Shown: positions 1 to 7,235 of the stretch, in pieces
Layout of the letters: each line of letters begins with the position of its first letter
Numbering within the stretch: the first letter of the stretch is position 1
Virus record (IMG/VR): IMGVR_UViG_3300026203_000001
Direction: 5' to 3' (one strand)
Origin: an uncultured virus (IMG/VR IMGVR_UViG_3300026203_000001)
Taxonomy: Duplodnaviria > Heunggongvirae > Uroviricota > Caudoviricetes
Length of the DNA: 59,465 nucleotides
Notes under the pieces: model-generated
The model's database searches: none
What the model was told of the DNA's origin: nothing
The model's input: the letters and a program-made list of their open reading frames with translations, nothing else
Program-made: the position numbers and the translations under genes

Positions 1-69
1 GAATCCATCATAACATAAAATAATGGATAATGGATATTTGAATTGTTAAGAAATAATTAAATTGCTAAT

Positions 70-285
70 TTAAAAATCCTCTTTTAATTGTATTTTGTAG
101 TCGATTGATTTAATGCACCAACCTGCGTTAGCGGTCACTTCTTCGATTAAATCGTCAGGGTCAGTTGCTTCCCATAAACCTAAATTGTCATTGATTATTA
201 GTTTTTGGTCATCAAATGATACACTATAATAATCTGGTAAATCTTCATTGAAGTCAAATTCAATATCGGTTACTAAGTACTGCAT
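70..285 (-). CDS. Small acidic early phage protein (hypothetical)
   Basis: 71-aa D/E-rich ORF packed 1 bp after the 287..550 ORF. Confidence 0.75.
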   Translation of the reverse strand: MQYLVTDIEFDFNEDLPDYYSVSFDDQKLIINDNLGLWEATDPDDLIEEVTANAGWCIKSIDYKIQLKEDF

Positions 286-286
286 A

Positions 287-550
287 TTAACCCTTCGCTT
301 CCATTTTTTGTTGAAATGCGATTCTATCCCTTTCTTCGGGTGTAGTCACTCTCTCAGGGTCATATTGAGAGTTATATGCTTCTTGAAAGTCAAATCCTAG
401 CATACCGTCAACGATTTCCTGTAATTCGTCAATATCATTTTCAAATTGACTAAACCAAAAATCTTGATTCATAGGGTGTAAGGACTCATTTTCCTTACGA
501 TAGTTTTCTAGGTCGGTTTGGAACTGTTCTAAAATTTTCTCAAAGTTCAT
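287..550 (-). CDS. Small acidic early phage protein (hypothetical)
   Basis: ATG directly follows the ACAACACT leader of early cassette copy 1. Confidence 0.8.
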   Translation of the reverse strand: MNFEKILEQFQTDLENYRKENESLHPMNQDFWFSQFENDIDELQEIVDGMLGFDFQEAYNSQYDPERVTTPEERDRIAFQQKMEAKG

Positions 551-635
551 AGTGTTGTTTTTAACTATTTGTATATTAAATCATTTTGTATCAAATACAA
601 TAAAAGGTGTGACAATATTTTTACTGTCACACCCT
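551..635 (-). promoter_or_regulatory. Early promoter cassette copy 1
   Basis: Perfect inverted repeat GGTGTGACA-N10-TGTCACACC at 606-633; then minus-strand TTGTAT-N16-TAATAT and an AC-rich leader. Confidence 0.8.
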
Positions 636-639
636 CAAA

Positions 640-1014
640 TTATTTGTTGAATTGATCGTAAAAATCGTCACTATTCAGTATTGGCAACTGTTCATAAGAT
701 AAACGATTTTCTGGGTCAGGTTGCATAAATGCAACTACATCATCAGTAAAACTTGTAATATCGCCTTCATAGGCACTATAATAAGTGTTTTCAAACTCAT
801 AATCTTCCCATTGAGCATTTTCCCATTTTAATAAATCCCAAGTAAAAACATCTTCTTCAACATCAGATGAGTAATTTTCATACTGTTCTCTTGTCATTAC
901 AACTTCTTCTAAAAGAAATCTTCTTCTTACAAGTGTAACTAGATTATCTGAGTCTAATTTTTCTTGACCCATATTAGACGCTATCGCCTGTTGTGTAGGT
1001 GTTAATTTGCTCAT
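640..1014 (-). CDS. Acidic early hypothetical protein
   Basis: 124-aa D/E/Y-rich ORF; ATGA overlap with the upstream ORF. Confidence 0.8.
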   Translation of the reverse strand: MSKLTPTQQAIASNMGQEKLDSDNLVTLVRRRFLLEEVVMTREQYENYSSDVEEDVFTWDLLKWENAQWEDYEFENTYYSAYEGDITSFTDDVVAFMQPDPENRLSYEQLPILNSDDFYDQFNK

Positions 1015-1154
1015 TGGTTGTAAACCTCATAATGTTGAATTGTATCGAGTGCTTCGATTTGATGATCGTTTAACTCAAAGTCCATATCTCTGAGTATATC
1101 ATACAGTTTAACCATATTGTAAACTTGATCGTTAGTCAATGGTATGTTAATCAT
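1011..1154 (-). CDS. Small early hypothetical protein (47 aa, MINIPLTNDQ...), not in ORF track
   Basis: Read manually; fills the gap and overlaps both neighbours. Confidence 0.65.
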   Translation of the reverse strand: MINIPLTNDQVYNMVKLYDILRDMDFELNDHQIEALDTIQHYEVYNQ

Positions 1155-1362
1155 TTTCTATACCTCGCATTGAATCATCAAATTTATAATAGGTGTATAA
1201 CCACTCAAACTCATTTGTTAGTGGTTCAATTCCATCTACAACAAATTCATCAAATAATGCTCTTGAGTCCGCTGTACGGTTCTCATCAACTGCTCTAATA
1301 GTGCTTTGCATTATTGTGTCAATTAAGACATCAATAGATTTATCTAGTGATTCTGTTTTCAT
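1147..1362 (-). CDS. Small acidic early hypothetical protein
   Basis: Start moved to ATG AAA ACA, 1 bp after the upstream stop. Confidence 0.7.
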   Translation of the reverse strand: MKTESLDKSIDVLIDTIMQSTIRAVDENRTADSRALFDEFVVDGIEPLTNEFEWLYTYYKFDDSMRGIEND

Positions 1363-1363
1363 T

Positions 1364-1531
1364 TTAAAAATCCTCAAGTGTTAAATTGTTTACTGCATCA
1401 TAAACTTTATCTTCCATTGTGTCAAAAGTTTCTGTATCATATAAATCACTCCTATATTTCATTGTTTTAGGGTGTGATAATAACCTAGTGAGTGATTGAT
1501 GCTCTTCGATTGATAGTTTGATTATAGGCAT
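1364..1531 (-). CDS. Small early hypothetical protein (55 aa, MPIIKLSIEE...), not in ORF track
   Basis: Read manually; tiles the operon. Confidence 0.65.
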   Translation of the reverse strand: MPIIKLSIEEHQSLTRLLSHPKTMKYRSDLYDTETFDTMEDKVYDAVNNLTLEDF

Positions 1532-1689
1532 AAGTCCTCGAACCTCTTACCAACTGTGGCATCTATAGCAACCATATCAAGATCGGACTCTTTAACATTG
1601 AATCCTGCTTTTCTTAGATTTTCGAGTGACTCGGCAACAACTTCATCATAAAGTGTTTCTAAGATTGACTCGTGATGTAAAACTGACAT
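1522..1689 (-). CDS. Small early hypothetical protein (55 aa, MSVLHHESILETLYDEV...), not in ORF track
   Basis: Read manually; follows a truncated early cassette. Confidence 0.7.
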   Translation of the reverse strand: MSVLHHESILETLYDEVVAESLENLRKAGFNVKESDLDMVAIDATVGKRFEDLCL

Positions 1690-1733
1690 AATAGTGTTTT
1701 GTTTCTTGATTTAATATTAAACGATAATGTGAC
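1690..1733 (-). promoter_or_regulatory. Truncated early promoter cassette copy 2
   Basis: Keeps GTCACA and TAATATTAAATCA...AACACT, but the -35/hairpin segment is missing. Confidence 0.5.
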
Positions 1734-1966
1734 TATTTCAAGTTTGGTAGTGACACTTTCTTATCTGTCATAGCATAGAACACTTTTTCAAATGTTGCTT
1801 TGCTATCTTTTAATTTGTTCTTTTTGTACCATACTCTATACATATCAACGGTATTTGATGTATCATTACCTTTTGTTTCATTGTTATAGAATGTAAAAAA
1901 GAACATCATAGAGTCAATTAAAATCTGTTGCTCTGTTTCATTTAATGTTATGTTAAATTGTTTCAT
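1733..1966 (-). CDS. Early hypothetical protein
   Basis: 77-aa ORF in operon. Confidence 0.7.
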   Translation of the reverse strand: MKQFNITLNETEQQILIDSMMFFFTFYNNETKGNDTSNTVDMYRVWYKKNKLKDSKATFEKVFYAMTDKKVSLPNLK

Positions 1967-1968
1967 AA

Positions 1969-2307
1969 TTACATATAGAATGAAGTTGGTCTTTTAGAAA
2001 TCTTATTCTGATCTTTTCTTTTCATTCTTAGAACCTCGAAATCTCTATCAATACCAAATGCTGATTCACTAGGTATTGGAAATGTAGTTTTACGTTGCTC
2101 TTTAGATAATTCTAGTTCATTCTCTGTTAACCATTGATCGTTAATGAGTTCTTGAACCTTTCTAAATGCTCCAACAACTGCATCTTTACCATATCGGTCA
2201 AATGCCATTCCTGACGGTGCATTGTTCTCGTCTAGGTCGCAATAACAATAACCTAATTGATTTGCAACTAAACCTAGTTCTCTTGCTGTTAAATTAAGTT
2301 GATACAT
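1969..2307 (-). CDS. Early hypothetical protein
   Basis: 112-aa ORF in operon. Confidence 0.75.
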   Translation of the reverse strand: MYQLNLTARELGLVANQLGYCYCDLDENNAPSGMAFDRYGKDAVVGAFRKVQELINDQWLTENELELSKEQRKTTFPIPSESAFGIDRDFEVLRMKRKDQNKISKRPTSFYM

Positions 2308-2308
2308 T

Positions 2309-2383
2309 TTAATTGTGTGGGTTGTAGTAGTTTAACATTAATATTATAACAAATATAATTACTAGAATTGTTAAGACAATCAT
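2309..2383 (-). CDS. Putative 24-aa single-TM peptide (MIVLTILVIIFVIILMLNYYNPHN)
   Basis: Exactly fills the gap, with ATGA overlap; hydrophobic. Confidence 0.45.
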   Translation of the reverse strand: MIVLTILVIIFVIILMLNYYNPHN

Positions 2384-2625
2384 AAGATTTCCTCCATTTT
2401 GTTGTCGATTAAATAAGCAATAAAATCATTCCATTCTGACCAATCTTGATCGTAAACTTGGTAACAAATGTCCTTGATAAATTCCTCATTAATTTTTGAT
2501 TTATCCCATTCTTCCCTATCGTATGTGTCAATAACAGATAATACGTCAGATTCTATATCAACGTAATTTGTAGCAAATCTGAGAGGGTCAGGGCAACTTT
2601 TTATCCAGTTTTCATAAGTCATCAT
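2380..2625 (-). CDS. Acidic early hypothetical protein
   Basis: Start moved to the ATGA overlap with 2622..2783. Confidence 0.7.
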   Translation of the reverse strand: MMTYENWIKSCPDPLRFATNYVDIESDVLSVIDTYDREEWDKSKINEEFIKDICYQVYDQDWSEWNDFIAYLIDNKMEEIL

Positions 2626-2783
2626 AACTGGTTCTCCCATACAGTTGTTTTAAATCTTTTAACTGCTTTGTCTAACAGTTTGATGTCTCCGTCACATATA
2701 TCAGCAACTTCCTCATCTTCTAAGTGACAAAAAGCGTTGTTGATGTCTCCTATGAGAGTTAGTAATGCTTCATAGTTGGTCAT
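2622..2783 (-). CDS. Small early hypothetical protein (53 aa, MTNYEALLTL...), not in ORF track
   Basis: ATG directly after the cassette copy 3 leader. Confidence 0.7.
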   Translation of the reverse strand: MTNYEALLTLIGDINNAFCHLEDEEVADICDGDIKLLDKAVKRFKTTVWENQL

Positions 2784-2862
2784 AGTGTTGTTGTAACTGA
2801 TTTAATATTAAAACTATTTTGTATATAATGCAATAGTTAGTGTGACAATATTTTAATTGTCC
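2784..2862 (-). promoter_or_regulatory. Early promoter cassette copy 3
   Basis: GTGTGACA-N10-TGTC at 2840-2861; TTGCAT-N17-TAATAT; CAGTTACAACAACACT leader. Confidence 0.8.
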
Positions 2863-3044
2863 TCTATCAAATCTTCCATAAGTGCGTCTAGTTCTTCAGC
2901 ACAAAATCCACACCTCCAACCCTCAACTTCCTCGTTATATACTGCATAACGATTGACATATCTACCTGTTCCGAGTGAACATAGATTACCACAATCTACA
3001 CATATTTCAGTTTTGAAAGTGTTTGTTGGTTTACACATTAACAT
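2853..3044 (-). CDS. Small putative zinc-finger protein
   Basis: CVDC...CGFC motifs. Confidence 0.7.
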   Translation of the reverse strand: MLMCKPTNTFKTEICVDCGNLCSLGTGRYVNRYAVYNEEVEGWRCGFCAEELDALMEDLIEDN

Positions 3045-3048
3045 TGAT

Positions 3049-3231
3049 TTAGTCCTCAGAATATGTTTGATATTGATTAGTGATTAAATCCTCAACTTGA
3101 TTAAGTTGGTCTTTAGTCATCAATTCGATCATAAAATCTATTAAATCATAAGGTGTACCATTATCCCCATCTTCGAGGATTGATGCAATCTCTGAAAAAA
3201 TAGTCGCTTTTTGATCTCTGTACTTAGTCAA
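3049..3231 (-). CDS. Small acidic early hypothetical protein
   Basis: 60-aa ORF in operon. Confidence 0.7.
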   Translation of the reverse strand: MTKYRDQKATIFSEIASILEDGDNGTPYDLIDFMIELMTKDQLNQVEDLITNQYQTYSED

Positions 3232-3442
3232 TTTCCTTAACCTCCTCTATGAGTTCTTCAACAAATTCCTCATCATAGTATGAGTACATATTCTCTATAC
3301 ACTCATTTTGTGGCATACTAGAGAAACACTCTACCATATCCGCTGATACATACTCGGCAAGTTGTACGGTATTCATATTGTCAACTACTCTCTCAACAAA
3401 TATTTCTACGAGAGTGTCGTGTTGTTTTTTAGTGAGTGCCAT
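3224..3442 (-). CDS. Small acidic early hypothetical protein
   Basis: 72 aa, E-rich; loosely resembles 4873..5175. Confidence 0.75.
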   Translation of the reverse strand: MALTKKQHDTLVEIFVERVVDNMNTVQLAEYVSADMVECFSSMPQNECIENMYSYYDEEFVEELIEEVKEID

Positions 3443-3447
3443 AAGTG

Positions 3448-3687
3448 TTAGTCCTCGTAACTGATTTCATCATACACCCTAACAGATAAACTTTCGTTGT
3501 CTGTTGTGACAATATTATTTCTGTCCATTGCCTTACCCACAATCTCCCATATTTGATGTACCTCTGAGTCATCTAAAAAATCTACCATATTGTAGTAAAT
3601 TTCGTTACTCTCTTGGTATGGGTCATCATCAGGGAAATGGTACTTCACTCCCTCTGGTTGATAATCTCTGTTAAAATCTTGTTTCAT
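3448..3687 (-). CDS. Small acidic early hypothetical protein
   Basis: 79-aa ORF in operon. Confidence 0.75.
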   Translation of the reverse strand: MKQDFNRDYQPEGVKYHFPDDDPYQESNEIYYNMVDFLDDSEVHQIWEIVGKAMDRNNIVTTDNESLSVRVYDEISYED

Positions 3688-3689
3688 AG

Positions 3690-3953
3690 TTAAATCCTCT
3701 GTAGATTATAGTTCATAATCTCTTCATTATCATAGTCAGAGTTGCCTGATCTATACTTCTCAGGGTCTTTAAGAATGTACTCCCACGCTACTTGCATCAA
3801 GTCCTCGTTATCCCAATCTGTAATATCGGATTCTTCCTCATCAAAATCCATTTCCTTACAGTAATCTTCCCAAATATCATCAAATGATATTTCAAAGTTT
3901 TGATAGTAGTCAGTTCTTGTTGTGAACTGCATAACGTACTGTTGTTTAACCAT
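3690..3953 (-). CDS. Highly acidic early hypothetical protein
   Basis: 87 aa, D/E-rich core. Confidence 0.75.
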   Translation of the reverse strand: MVKQQYVMQFTTRTDYYQNFEISFDDIWEDYCKEMDFDEEESDITDWDNEDLMQVAWEYILKDPEKYRSGNSDYDNEEIMNYNLQRI

Positions 3954-4096
3954 TAGTCGAACCTCGTATCTTCTAAAATTTGCCAGTATCCACCGTATGA
4001 GTAAACTTGTCCATCTACTTCAACTTCATAAGGATAGAATCCAAAGTGATCGAAGTGGTCATTGACATACTCTTGAATAAGTTGTTTAAGAGTCAT
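3953..4096 (-). CDS. Small early hypothetical protein (47 aa, MTLKQLIQEYVNDHFDHFGFYP...), not in ORF track
   Basis: ATG after the cassette copy 4 leader; TAATG overlap downstream. Confidence 0.7.
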   Translation of the reverse strand: MTLKQLIQEYVNDHFDHFGFYPYEVEVDGQVYSYGGYWQILEDTRFD

Positions 4097-4175
4097 AGTG
4101 TTGTTGTAACTGATCTAATATTAAATCTATTGTGTATAGAATACAATAGTTTGTGTGACAGTATTTAAACTGTCT
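4097..4175 (-). promoter_or_regulatory. Early promoter cassette copy 4
   Basis: GTGTGACA-N10-TGTC at 4153-4174; TTGTAT-N17-TAATAT. Confidence 0.8.
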
Positions 4176-4177
4176 TT

Positions 4178-4615
4178 TTAATACTTCAACTTGAATATGT
4201 GTCCATAGGTATGATCTACCATAGAGCAATCAATTTCAACATATTCTTTTGAGAGTTTGTTATCCCATATATCTTGATAGTCAAGTGTCACATAATCTGG
4301 TAGATTTTTTGTTGCTTCATCTACCTCAGTACAATAGTATTCTGTAAAATCTTTTGCTGTTTCAAATTGACCCTCGTACATATTCTCAAAATGTGGTACT
4401 GTGTCCACATCAAAGTAATCTGAAAACAGATCAACTAACTCTGTACCATAATCTTCACAAAGTCTATGATATATGTCATAGTAGGTTAAGAAATATGTTT
4501 CTCCATAGTTTTCAATAAACCTACACATTTCATTATAATCCCAGTTGTATAGGTTATTATAATGGTCAAGAAGTTCTCTTGTTTCTTCTTGCATTTGTCC
4601 TGTTGCTTTTCCCAT
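4178..4615 (-). CDS. ArdA-like antirestriction (DNA-mimic) protein
   Basis: Acidic; YEGQFETAKDF...LPDYVTLDYQDIW resembles the ArdA C-terminal domain pattern. Confidence 0.6.
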   Translation of the reverse strand: MGKATGQMQEETRELLDHYNNLYNWDYNEMCRFIENYGETYFLTYYDIYHRLCEDYGTELVDLFSDYFDVDTVPHFENMYEGQFETAKDFTEYYCTEVDEATKNLPDYVTLDYQDIWDNKLSKEYVEIDCSMVDHTYGHIFKLKY

Positions 4616-4800
4616 TACCAATCTCCGTTAGACTCGGCAAAGACATCTTCATTCCAATGCTCTGTTTCTTGTAAGACACCGCAATGTCTCATAATACCGT
4701 CATAGATTTCCATACCTGATCTTGACATTCTACCTGATGTGTAATCCCAACCTAACTCTGTTAAGTTGTCAAGAATAAATGCAAATGAAACTTTTTTCAT
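4615..4800 (-). CDS. Early hypothetical protein
   Basis: First gene after cassette copy 5. Confidence 0.75.
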   Translation of the reverse strand: MKKVSFAFILDNLTELGWDYTSGRMSRSGMEIYDGIMRHCGVLQETEHWNEDVFAESNGDW

Positions 4801-4882
4801 AATTTGTTGGTGTTTGTATGATTTAATATTATACTATTGTCTGTAGAATACAATAGTTAGTGTGACAATATTTTAATTGTCA
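4801..4882 (-). promoter_or_regulatory. Early promoter cassette copy 5
   Basis: GTGTGACA-N10-TGTCA at 4860-4882; TTGTAT...TATAATAT. Confidence 0.8.
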
Positions 4883-5175
4883 TAATAAATGTTATCCTGT
4901 CGATCTCTTAAAAACTCACATAATGCTGAGTATGAGTCTGGTTTGTCTAACACATAGTCAGTAAGTTTTTCATACAAGTATTCATCATACTCGTCAATTT
5001 CTTGCTTAAGAGTCTCGTCTAGTGTAAGATCAGGTTTTGATGCTATGATCTCTTGTCTCATACTATCATAGACGTATGATGCCATTTCGTCTCTAGTCAT
5101 TTCTTCTATGCGAAATAACACATATTCGTCAAGTAGTTTCTTTTTCTGATCTATTGTCCAATCTTTAGTTAGCAT
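4873..5175 (-). CDS. Acidic early hypothetical protein
   Basis: 100 aa; stop codon lies inside the cassette repeat. Confidence 0.75.
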   Translation of the reverse strand: MLTKDWTIDQKKKLLDEYVLFRIEEMTRDEMASYVYDSMRQEIIASKPDLTLDETLKQEIDEYDEYLYEKLTDYVLDKPDSYSALCEFLRDRQDNIYYDN

Positions 5176-5350
5176 TTAATTTCTCCGCTAACTTTTCTTC
5201 AACCATTTTCTCTACCTTTTCGTAAAACCAATCTGAGTCTGTAATGATGTCAGTTTGATGATCTACTAATTCTGTGACATACTCTTTGATGAGTTCGGCA
5301 AGTGTGTTTCCGAATGTCTCATCAACGCTATTTAACATTGTGTCAATCAT
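5165..5350 (-). CDS. Small acidic early hypothetical protein
   Basis: First gene after cassette copy 6. Confidence 0.75.
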   Translation of the reverse strand: MIDTMLNSVDETFGNTLAELIKEYVTELVDHQTDIITDSDWFYEKVEKMVEEKLAEKLNAN

Positions 5351-5434
5351 TTTGGTGTTTGTTAACTATAATCTAGTATTGCATAGCATTGTGTACTATG
5401 CAATTCCAGGTGTGACAGTATTATAACTGTCACA
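5351..5434 (-). promoter_or_regulatory. Early promoter cassette copy 6
   Basis: TGTGACA-N10-TGTCACA at 5411-5434; TTGCAT-N17-AATACT inside hairpin ATTGCATAG/CTATGCAAT. Confidence 0.8.
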
Positions 5435-5930
5435 TAATTTTAGTTCCTTGTTCAACAATTAGTTTATTACTAATAGTGTGACCTAAACGTGGGTCTTTTC
5501 TATTCTTTACAGTATTGAATTTCTTTTTCAATTCTGGTAAAAGAATGTCAAGGACTTGCCCTGCGGTCATTCGCCACACTTCAACGATTTTACCATCTTT
5601 GTATCGTGCATAATAATGATGATGATACTTTCCGATCTTCTCATCAACTAGGTAGTCAACTTGTTCTTCCCACGTTGGTTGAACTGATATACCGTTGTAT
5701 GTCGCTGTCAACTTCTTACCTATGGTTGACTTATATTCTATGGGTAAATCATATTTGTCGTATGCGTCAGCACCTGAGTAATCCTCAGCGACTTTATGAC
5801 CTAGTACCCCTGCTAGATGTATCTCTCTTGATCGAGCATAAGAGAATGGGTCGCCCCAACCTTGCTCAATACATAACTGATACATTTTTTCAAATAATTG
5901 CTGATACTTTTGTTCTGGTGTTTTCATCAT
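5430..5930 (-). CDS. PD-(D/E)xK nuclease, PvuII-like restriction endonuclease fold
   Basis: 166 aa; GADAYD...IEYKS parallels the PvuII active-site segment GNDAVD...YELKS as recalled. Confidence 0.6.
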   Translation of the reverse strand: MMKTPEQKYQQLFEKMYQLCIEQGWGDPFSYARSREIHLAGVLGHKVAEDYSGADAYDKYDLPIEYKSTIGKKLTATYNGISVQPTWEEQVDYLVDEKIGKYHHHYYARYKDGKIVEVWRMTAGQVLDILLPELKKKFNTVKNRKDPRLGHTISNKLIVEQGTKIM

Positions 5931-6082
5931 TGGTTATCCTCTGATAATAATGTTCCCCACTCAGTATAGACGAAAGGAAACTGTTTGGCAAGTTTTTTAA
6001 AGAATAAGAAATCATCAAATGATATTTCTTCATTTGTTTCGTGAAAGTGTTGCCACCTTTTTTGTACCTCATTGAATGTCAT
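5927..6082 (-). CDS. Small early hypothetical protein
   Basis: Start moved to ATG ACA TTC. Confidence 0.6.
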   Translation of the reverse strand: MTFNEVQKRWQHFHETNEEISFDDFLFFKKLAKQFPFVYTEWGTLLSEDNQ

Positions 6083-6254
6083 TTTGATCTGTCTCCGAGT
6101 CAATAATTGCTTCAACTTTCATTTCCCATATATCTGGGTAAATGTCGTGAAATGACATTGCTTCCATCATTATTTCAGCAATCTCTTCACGTTGCTCTCT
6201 TGTTAAAAGGTCATAGCAATCTACGACCCTCGGTTTGATGTCTCCTAATATCAT
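6069..6254 (-). CDS. Small acidic early hypothetical protein
   Basis: 61 aa, ATGA overlap. Confidence 0.7.
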   Translation of the reverse strand: MILGDIKPRVVDCYDLLTREQREEIAEIMMEAMSFHDIYPDIWEMKVEAIIDSETDQNDIQ

Positions 6255-6727
6255 ACTAATACTTCTCCCTTTTCAATTTGATCTAACGCTCTACGAGTGC
6301 AGGGTGTTGCTTCATAGGATAGTATCTGGTCATAGTTCTCATCATACTGATGCTTGACCTCATACATTGCCCAGAATCCTTGACCTCTACCGTTTGGAAC
6401 AAATATGTATGAATACTCTTGCCAACAATCAATCATAAAGAAATCTTTTCGTTTCTTACTGATAACTGGTTTTTCATTGTCTCCACCATAGTATGTGGGT
6501 TTTGGGTCTGCTATTGGTGTGAACTCTCCTGTTTCTACATTAAACTTACTGTCAGACCAACAGTTTGACATATTGCCACCATCAATAAGTTTGTTTACTG
6601 ATTCTTCAGTAGTATAGTGAGTAAGTAATTTAACTCCTAATCCTTCTGGGTATCCATCAAAGTGATGATATACAGATTTGATTGAACCATCTTCGAGTTC
6701 AATTCCGATTCTTGATCTAGTTGACAT
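6251..6727 (-). CDS. Conserved phage early protein (MSTRSRIG...HFDGYP family)
   Basis: Characteristic N-terminal motif; first gene after cassette copy 7. Confidence 0.85.
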   Translation of the reverse strand: MSTRSRIGIELEDGSIKSVYHHFDGYPEGLGVKLLTHYTTEESVNKLIDGGNMSNCWSDSKFNVETGEFTPIADPKPTYYGGDNEKPVISKKRKDFFMIDCWQEYSYIFVPNGRGQGFWAMYEVKHQYDENYDQILSYEATPCTRRALDQIEKGEVLV

Positions 6728-6810
6728 AAATTGGTGTTTTGTTAACTGAATCTATTATTGCAATAAAAAAACCCCCTGTAAAGGGGGAATGTGACACCTA
6801 CCAATGTGTC
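6728..6810 (-). promoter_or_regulatory. Early promoter cassette copy 7, overlapping an intrinsic terminator
   Basis: TGTGACA-N10-TGTC at 6790-6810; TTTACA-N17-AATAAT; hairpin CCCCCT-TTAC-AGGGGG followed by T7. Confidence 0.8.
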
Positions 6811-7199
6811 CCTAAGTGCGTCATATTTGCTTTGAATGTGGTAAGGGTAGAACTATCTGTAATATCAGTTGTGCTGACTCTTGCTGATGCTTCATCTTTA
6901 CCTATGAGTCCATCTTTAGTCACAAATCCCCATACTGTTACTATAGAACCCCTGTCAGTTGGTGCAGTTGAGACTATCTCTAAATCGTCTCCTGCTGTCC
7001 TACTAGCAAATCCCCAAACTACTGATGAGTCATCACTATCAAGTTTGTCTTTTTTAGCATTTAACTTATAGTCAGACAAACTTCCAGTACCTGCTGATGT
7101 CATTCTAGCAGTAATATTTGCGAGTCTATATGCCTTCGCTTTTGCAACTAATTCAGTACAAATACCATTCGTTGCAGTTTTTACTTTTGCAGTTGCCAT
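6798..7199 (-). CDS. Hypothetical late protein (T/A/S-rich, possibly virion-associated)
   Basis: 133 aa; preceded by TATAAATA. Confidence 0.75.
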   Translation of the reverse strand: MATAKVKTATNGICTELVAKAKAYRLANITARMTSAGTGSLSDYKLNAKKDKLDSDDSSVVWGFASRTAGDDLEIVSTAPTDRGSIVTVWGFVTKDGLIGKDEASARVSTTDITDSSTLTTFKANMTHLGTHW

Positions 7200-7227
7200 T
7201 TTAACGTGTTACTTTGTTTCGTATTTC

Positions 7228-7235
7228 TATTTATA
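7228..7235 (-). promoter_or_regulatory. T4-type late promoter TATAAATA
   Basis: Exact consensus 28 bp upstream of the ATG at 7199. Confidence 0.7.

Noticed and set aside
606..633. TGTGA...TCACA as a CRP- or NtcA-type site
   Set aside because: The spacer is much longer than the 6 bp of CRP boxes and does not fit GTA-N8-TAC.
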